Assembly: GCA_964016885.1 (NCBI GenBank)
Contig: OZ024747.1
Span: 80,042,001 to 80,106,000 of the forward strand
DNA from: Eledone cirrhosa
Taxonomy: Eukaryota
Length of the DNA: 64,000 nucleotides
Direction of reading: 5' to 3'
In this document: positions 57,695-64,000 of the stretch, piece after piece
How the letters are laid out: every line of letters starts with the position of its first letter
How positions within the stretch are numbered: the stretch's first letter is position 1
Made by a program: the position numbers and the translations under genes
The notes under the pieces: generated by a model
The model's input: only the letters and a program-made list of their open reading frames with translations
What the model was told of the DNA's origin: nothing
Databases searched by the model: none

Positions 57695-59409
57695 GTATTT
57701 ATTTATTTATACATGTATGTATAATTTCGTAAATTTAGTATAATGACTTATAACCCCAAATAAAAAATCCAACAATAATAAATCTAAGTATAACAAGCAA
57801 CAAAAAGCAACAAATACAATATTACCAATTTTTTCCCTTCGTCTACGACAACAGCGAGGTCAGTGTCTTTTATTAGTTTGTAAAAAGTCTTTTGGCCTAA
57901 TAGTTATTTTACTTGTTTTTTATTTGTCGGCTCAAAGCTAGTTCAACCTCGTGTAATTAAATTAAGTTCTGTTTTCCATTTTTCCTACTCTAGACAGAAA
58001 ATATATTTAAACAATAGAAAACTGATCATGTATGCAAACCTATATTTAGCAATTTAATTTGCTGCTGACCTCTAGTGAGATTGGGCTTCAGGCCAACTCT
58101 AAATGTGTTTGGTGGAAGTATTTACCATTGGTATTTATTTTCTCTTATCAAACCTTACACTGTAAGTTACGTCACAAGTTTCCTCGTTGTTGCCTTGCAT
58201 TGTATTGTATATTCATTCATTCGTTTATTCATTTATTCCTTCATTCAATTTACCATTCGACTCCAGATGTGATTCCAACGTCTTACATATTTCACTTGAC
58301 CTAGTCAATGCAATAATTAGGTCTGCATTAATATTATTTTTATTTTTATAAATTCAGAACTAGCATTTCAAAATAACACATTTTTATCGAAACGTATTGT
58401 ACACTTAATAAAGACAATGAAACAACGATTAAGTGAAATACGGAATATCATTGTTGCTGAGTCCTTGAGTTGATCCTAAACCTGCAATCATGTAGCTCCT
58501 TATCAAAGGTTATCCCAATTCTGACATTAGATATCAACCCTGTCATGTTATAGTGATCTGTCCAGTGAGACACGGACCTCTGTGTGAACCAGAAATTCAC
58601 TGGGATTGACGTTTCTTATATAAGATCAAATTATCTTAAGACAAGATTTTATAATGCTGTGCACTTAATATTTCATAATTCCCAATACCATGCTAGTTCA
58701 CTGGCAATTCACTGGCTTTTATTTAGTTATTCAAAAGAATAACTCATCTGGGTGGGTTTTCATTAAGTTCTTCAGAACCTGAACTGAGTTTTGCAAATGA
58801 TATTGACATGACGAACCAACAGACTGACCAGTAAATTAAGCGTTAGCTCACTTAATGTAGCAAACACAATAACATTAATTAAGACTATACACGTATCCAG
58901 AAGAAGTAAATATTGAACGATGTTCAAGTAAGTTAATCAAACAAAAAGACAAAAACAAAAACGAATCAAATTAAAAAACAAAATTCAAATATGTTTGAAA
59001 AGTTCTAATTAATTAAAATTGGAAATAAACAATTTGGCGACGAGGGGAGAATAATCTGATCTTTATACCAACAGGGTAACAATTTCGGATATGTTTCGGT
59101 ATAGGTACACCTTCTCGCTAAACATATTCAGATGCTAACCTTTAGTCTTCATAATATATTGGATTATCTATTGGATTATCTACAGCAGTAATCTCAACCA
59201 CCCATAACTCATTGGTTCAATACTAGCCTGAAAATAATATACTTCTCAATCCTCTTTCATACATTGAGCAACCATTATGCAATGGCTTTCGTAAATCCTT
59301 AGAAATCCTTAGAAATCCTTGGGAGCCCTGTCTGAGGAAGGGACATTGATTTCCTTAAAGCAAACCTTAAGCTACGAAGAACTCAAAACAGCACATTCAG
59401 CATTATGAG

Positions 59410-59601
59410 AGACTGCGGTTAATTGACAATATCGGTGGAGGGTCGGACGCCTTGATTTCCAGCATAGTTACGTCCTTTTACGGTCTGAGTTCAAATCCCG
59501 TCGAAGTTAACTTTGCTTTCCTCTTTACGGGGTCGATAAAATAAAGTACCAGTAATGTACTGGGTAATTGCTGGCCTTGTGCCAAAAGTAGAAACAATTA
59601 T
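59410..59601 (+). mobile_element. SINE (same family)
   Basis: GGTCTGAGTTCAAATCCC..GGGGTCGATAAAATAAAGTACCAGT..GGCCTTGTGCCAAAAGTAGAAACAATTA. Confidence 0.78.
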
Positions 59602-59765
59602 AAGAGATTGCACATATCATTTATTCAATGGAACTAAAATACTGAGACTGAAAGATATCCTGCACAAGGGAACAGATGGTTGTTGTAGCAGGTTTCTATC
59701 CTCACAGTTGCTGCTACTATATGCTTGGTTACCCATATATACAGAAATCCAGGAAACTATTACAA

Positions 59766-60803
59766 TCTATATATATAAAACTGTGGTTGTCTGTCTGTCT
59801 ATCGATTTTTGGCACACATCTCTTAGAATCTCTCACGGAATTGCACCGAAATTGCTAGACTTGTACATTGAGCCCTAGCGAAGACATCGGAAAAAAAAAA
59901 ATTTCAAATTGACCCGCCCTATGTGACGAAATCGAATATAATGTATCGATTTTTGAGCGTAAGTTATCAGTTATTTCCCTTTGTTCTGTTTACATTGAGC
60001 GTCTTACGTAAAAAATTACGCTGGCTTTCTCAGTCTTTGTTAATAAATAACCAGTGCAGTTTTTATCCCCAGCATCCTCTTTTGTTATAACATTCGGGTT
60101 ATCGTTATGTTTTCTTAACTTCATAAGGCATATTGTTGGTTGAGGGAATATTAATCAAAAACACCACATGCAAGTCTGCACAGTAGACACTACAGTTTTT
60201 AAGCCAAAAAAGAAACTTAACATTGTAACTTTAACACAGCTACTGAGCGACCCCGTTTTGCTTCATTTCCATTTAAAAGCATTTTAAAACAATATTTTTA
60301 CTTGAAAACAAGTCTATTTAAAGACTACGTAAAACAAGCAAATATTTCGTCGTTAGGCGTGCAGACAGACAGTCGTGCAGACAGACAGTCGTGCAGAGAG
60401 GTGATATAGGCGTGCAGACAGACAGTCGTGCAGAGAGGTGATATAGGCGTGCAGACAGACAGTCGTGCAGAGAGGTGATATAGGCGTGCAGACAGATATA
60501 ACTGATAATTTGGTTACGCTAATGTTTTTCTCTGCGTTGCAGTGTTTACATTTTCGATCTTTGTTAATAAATAACCAGTGCAGTTTCTATCCCCAGCATC
60601 CTCTTTTGTTATAACATTCGGGTTATCGTTATGTTTTCTTAACTTCATAAGGCATATTGTTGGTTGAGGGAATATTAATCAAAAACACCACATGCAAGTC
60701 TGCACAGTAGACACTACAGTTTTTAAGCCAAAAAAGAAACTTAACATTGTAACTTTAACACAGCTACTGAGCGACCCCGAGCAACGCCGGGCTTTACTGC
60801 TAG
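59766..60803 (+). mobile_element. Non-autonomous Helitron, ~1.04 kb
   Basis: 5' TC (A|TCTATATATATAAAA); 3' hairpin CCCGAGCAACGCCGGG followed 8 nt later by CTAG|T; inserted between A and T with no TSD. Confidence 0.85.
60354..60495 (+). repeat. Short minisatellite inside the Helitron (GTGCAGACAGACAGTC-based, ~37-bp unit)
   Basis: TAGGCGTGCAGACAGACAGTCGTGCAGAGAGGTGATA repeated about 3.5 times. Confidence 0.85.
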
Positions 60804-60925
60804 TACCTTATAAAAGTACTGCCTCTCTGTCTCAGACCAAACAAATATATGCGTTCTAACAATTCCTTCTTGAATGAGTAATTTGAGAGCAGCCAGACTA
60901 TGGAAAATAGTTTTCTTATCGTCTT

Positions 60926-60974
<49 letters not shown>

Positions 60975-61227
60975 GAGGAGGTTATAGTTCACTTGAAGCA
61001 TTGTGTAATGAGGTATAAACGTTAGAATATGCATGGCTTCATTGGAAATTTAGACGCTGGTCTGAGACTTTTACTTCCCTCCGAAGAAGAGATATTATCT
61101 CGAAAATTAAGGACATTTAAATAAATTCAAGGTGAAAGACGAATTCTCATCAATATCTTTCACTATTGCATTCCTTTTTTCTATGTCCATATCTGCATTG
61201 TCTTGGCCTTATTACACATATTCTAAC

Positions 61228-61297
<70 letters not shown>

Positions 61298-64000
61298 TAT
61301 ATATATATATATATATCGGACGTATTGCAGAATATCGCTCGACATGTCCAGGTCTGTGTTTTTACCTGATTAGTTCTTTCGTTGTTTTTGGTATTGTATG
61401 GTTGGGTTTTGCCTACCGCAATTTTCAATTTGTCAAGCTTTTAAACGTAATGTTATTACTCTAAGGACCTACTCTTATTGAGTGCTTTGCTACTCATTCT
61501 TTATTGTAGGTCGGCTTTGCTTGGCCACAGCCAAAGCTTCGATTTGCACACATGCACACACACATAGACACATATATGTTTATATATTAATAGTTCCGGA
61601 TACTGCTGTATTGGAATGGACATTACCAAATTAGTGAAGATGAATAAAAAATTCCTTGTTTCGACCAAGTTTCAACTTGGTACAGAAACAGACCGACAGT
61701 GTGGAGGAAAAGCAATACATACACACCGCCACACTCTATATAATGAACCACAGTATTCTGGAAAGCCCAGCGTAGTCATCAGGGACATATTCTATCTGGA
61801 ACAATAGATCTGTTCTTCGTACCCAATCGTTCAAATGCTATGGCATCTACTTACATGCTATGGCATCTACTTAATTAAAGGTTACATTACCAAACATATT
61901 CTTCATTTGAGAAGTATGATTTATTTGAGGAAGATTTGGCTGTTACTTTTAACAGGTCGAGTTTAAGAAAAGGAAAAAAAACGTTATTCATTCTAATCAC
62001 TCGTATTTTTCCTATCATGTCTGCTTTAAAAGGCCAAAGAAACAAATTTCTGTCGCTATCTCGAGTCCTGAGACCCATAATATTGTCTTGTAAAAAAAAT
62101 CTTTCTTTATTTTTATTATTGTTTTCTGAGATTCTGGTTTTATTGTTATTGCTGTTCTTCCATTGTTGCGCTATTTTGTTTTATTTATTAGGTGTGGTGT
62201 ATGTTCTCATTGTCGAACAAATCCATAAAAAACGAAAACAAAACATGGCCAAGTATTATTTCCGCGTGTTTATTTTACTGTTGCTATTGTTAACGTTATT
62301 CAGATTGTTGCCGTCTTTTATTGCTATTGTGTTCGGCATTGTTGTTGTCGTTGTTGTCTGTAATAAAGCTGTTATAATAATTGATCACGTGAATTCGAAA
62401 TTGATTTTGTAAACGCCATATTTTGGTTTGTTCATTTCTTTTTTTACATGTTTATTTCAACCACTAAACGTCTTTTTTCTACTTCTCAGTATTGTTCTTA
62501 CATTAGATTCACTATTCAACAGCCAAAATCGTCGGGATATTCAATGATTGGCAGAAGAAGAATTCAAGGGAGTTATACATTTCTGTTTATTTATTTATTT
62601 ATTTAAGCATTATATAATTTGATGTGTTTTTGTTTTAATTCTTCTTTCTATTTCTGATCTTATATTTTTCTTTGTGAGTCATTCTAACATTACATTAGCT
62701 TTCAGCATTCGCATTTTAGTGCCTTTCTTGGTATTGAATCTTTTTAATTCCTTTATTTCTCTTTACCAAACAACCATTCCCTACAGAACAACTAACAAAA
62801 GCAAGTATCCCCACGGTTATTATCTAAAAATTTATGAAGTCTTGTAAAATTTGTTTCCATCTCCTCTCAGATTTCAACAAGCCAGTTGCTAGAAATTGCT
62901 CTACTCTGTTAATTATCTTCTCACAAGAAATTGATTAATGCCGATTGAACACAAGAAAATTGCCTCTTTCTTCCCTCTCTCTCCCCCTTTCTTTCAGCAT
63001 GTCTCCCTTACTCTTATAGCTGTGTGAATGTGCACACGCCTAGCTGTCTTTCTTCTAATTTTCAGTCCTTGAGTAAATCAGATTCAGTATCCATTACAAT
63101 TATTACCAGGCTGTTGATTCCATCTTAACGACTTTCATAATCATTATATTTAAATAATAAATTAATAAAATATCTCAAAAATATACAATAAAAACATGGT
63201 TTGCTAACATTAATACAAGACCATGGATTTGTTGGGTAGGAGTAAATTCGATTAAACCAACTCCAATACTTGACAAATACTTGTGGTAGCAATCCTTGGT
63301 GAAAGAAAATCAAAGCCAATTCTCGTGGGACTTGAACTCAGAACGTAAAGGAACGTAACTAAACATCGAACTACAATGAATCTGAACTTCTCTCTTTCAC
63401 TGCACTAATTATTATAATGACTTTTAACTTTGGTAGAAAGCCTCTGGTCAGTAGGAAAACGGTGTCGTTGATTGGATAGGCCTCAGTACTTACTTGTAGT
63501 TATCTTACCGACTTCGGTGTGAAGTTGAATATAATAAGGTGCAGCTCAGAAATAAGAAGGAACCTATACACTGTGAGTAACAGAGATTATTGTTGTAATG
63601 TTGAGAAAAACCAGAAAAAATATGAAGCACGCTAGTTTTGTTTCACGAATTGCTTTACTACTATTGTTCATGGTTGTTGAGCTACAAACCAACTTTAATG
63701 GTGCACACCTATGATTATGTACCTATAGGCAAGGTTGTGCGGTGAAAAGATTCGTTTAGTAACTCTGGCAAGTGTTTTATATCTCACCCTCAGATTAACT
63801 AAAGACCCTTGAGTGAAATTTAGTAGACATAAACAATGTAGAGGTCCGTCGGAAGAACCGTTCCAGGATTTTTGAGATAACCTTTAAATAGTTTCCTAGT
63901 TTAATTCCTAGCTTTTGTGTACCTTGTATGCAAAGCTTTCTTATGCAAGCATCTGGGCTAGATTTCTGGTCTGAAGATAAGGTCTTGCATTCCTCTCACC

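Noticed and set aside
61070-61120. CCGAAGA-AGAGATATTATCTC-GAAAATTA hammerhead-like motif
   Set aside because: Non-canonical core and very weak helices I and III
61936-62412. 158-aa hydrophobic ORF as a membrane protein
   Set aside because: Non-ATG start; T-rich low-complexity sequence explains the Leu/Val/Phe bias; no recognisable domain

Overview
Eukaryotic, repeat-dominated window with no supportable host gene. The (AT)n-rich background and Deu/Nin-type SINE suggest a mollusc such as an octopus (inference). 1-31.8 kb: a head-to-tail array of at least five near-identical ~6.03-kb L1/Tx1-clade non-LTR retrotransposons on the minus strand (ORF1 with CCHC knuckle; ORF2 APE-RT-Zn finger). ORFs are intact, every junction is an (AAT)n tract, and a dead 410-bp R4/Dong-like fragment follows the 5' end of four of the five copies. 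31.8-64 kb: decayed R4-like and RTE/RTEX LINE pieces, SINEs, microsatellites, an 11x67-bp minisatellite and a non-autonomous Helitron. The most notable feature is a 7.8-kb array of 557-bp units (45.8-53.6 kb), each carrying a type I hammerhead ribozyme fold. It forms two divergent arms that each end in (TA)n, resembling a retrozyme or Penelope-derived circular-RNA element. Several other hammerhead motifs and fold-back insertions sit in or near neighbouring (TA)n tracts. All structures were read by eye; no searches or folding programs were run.
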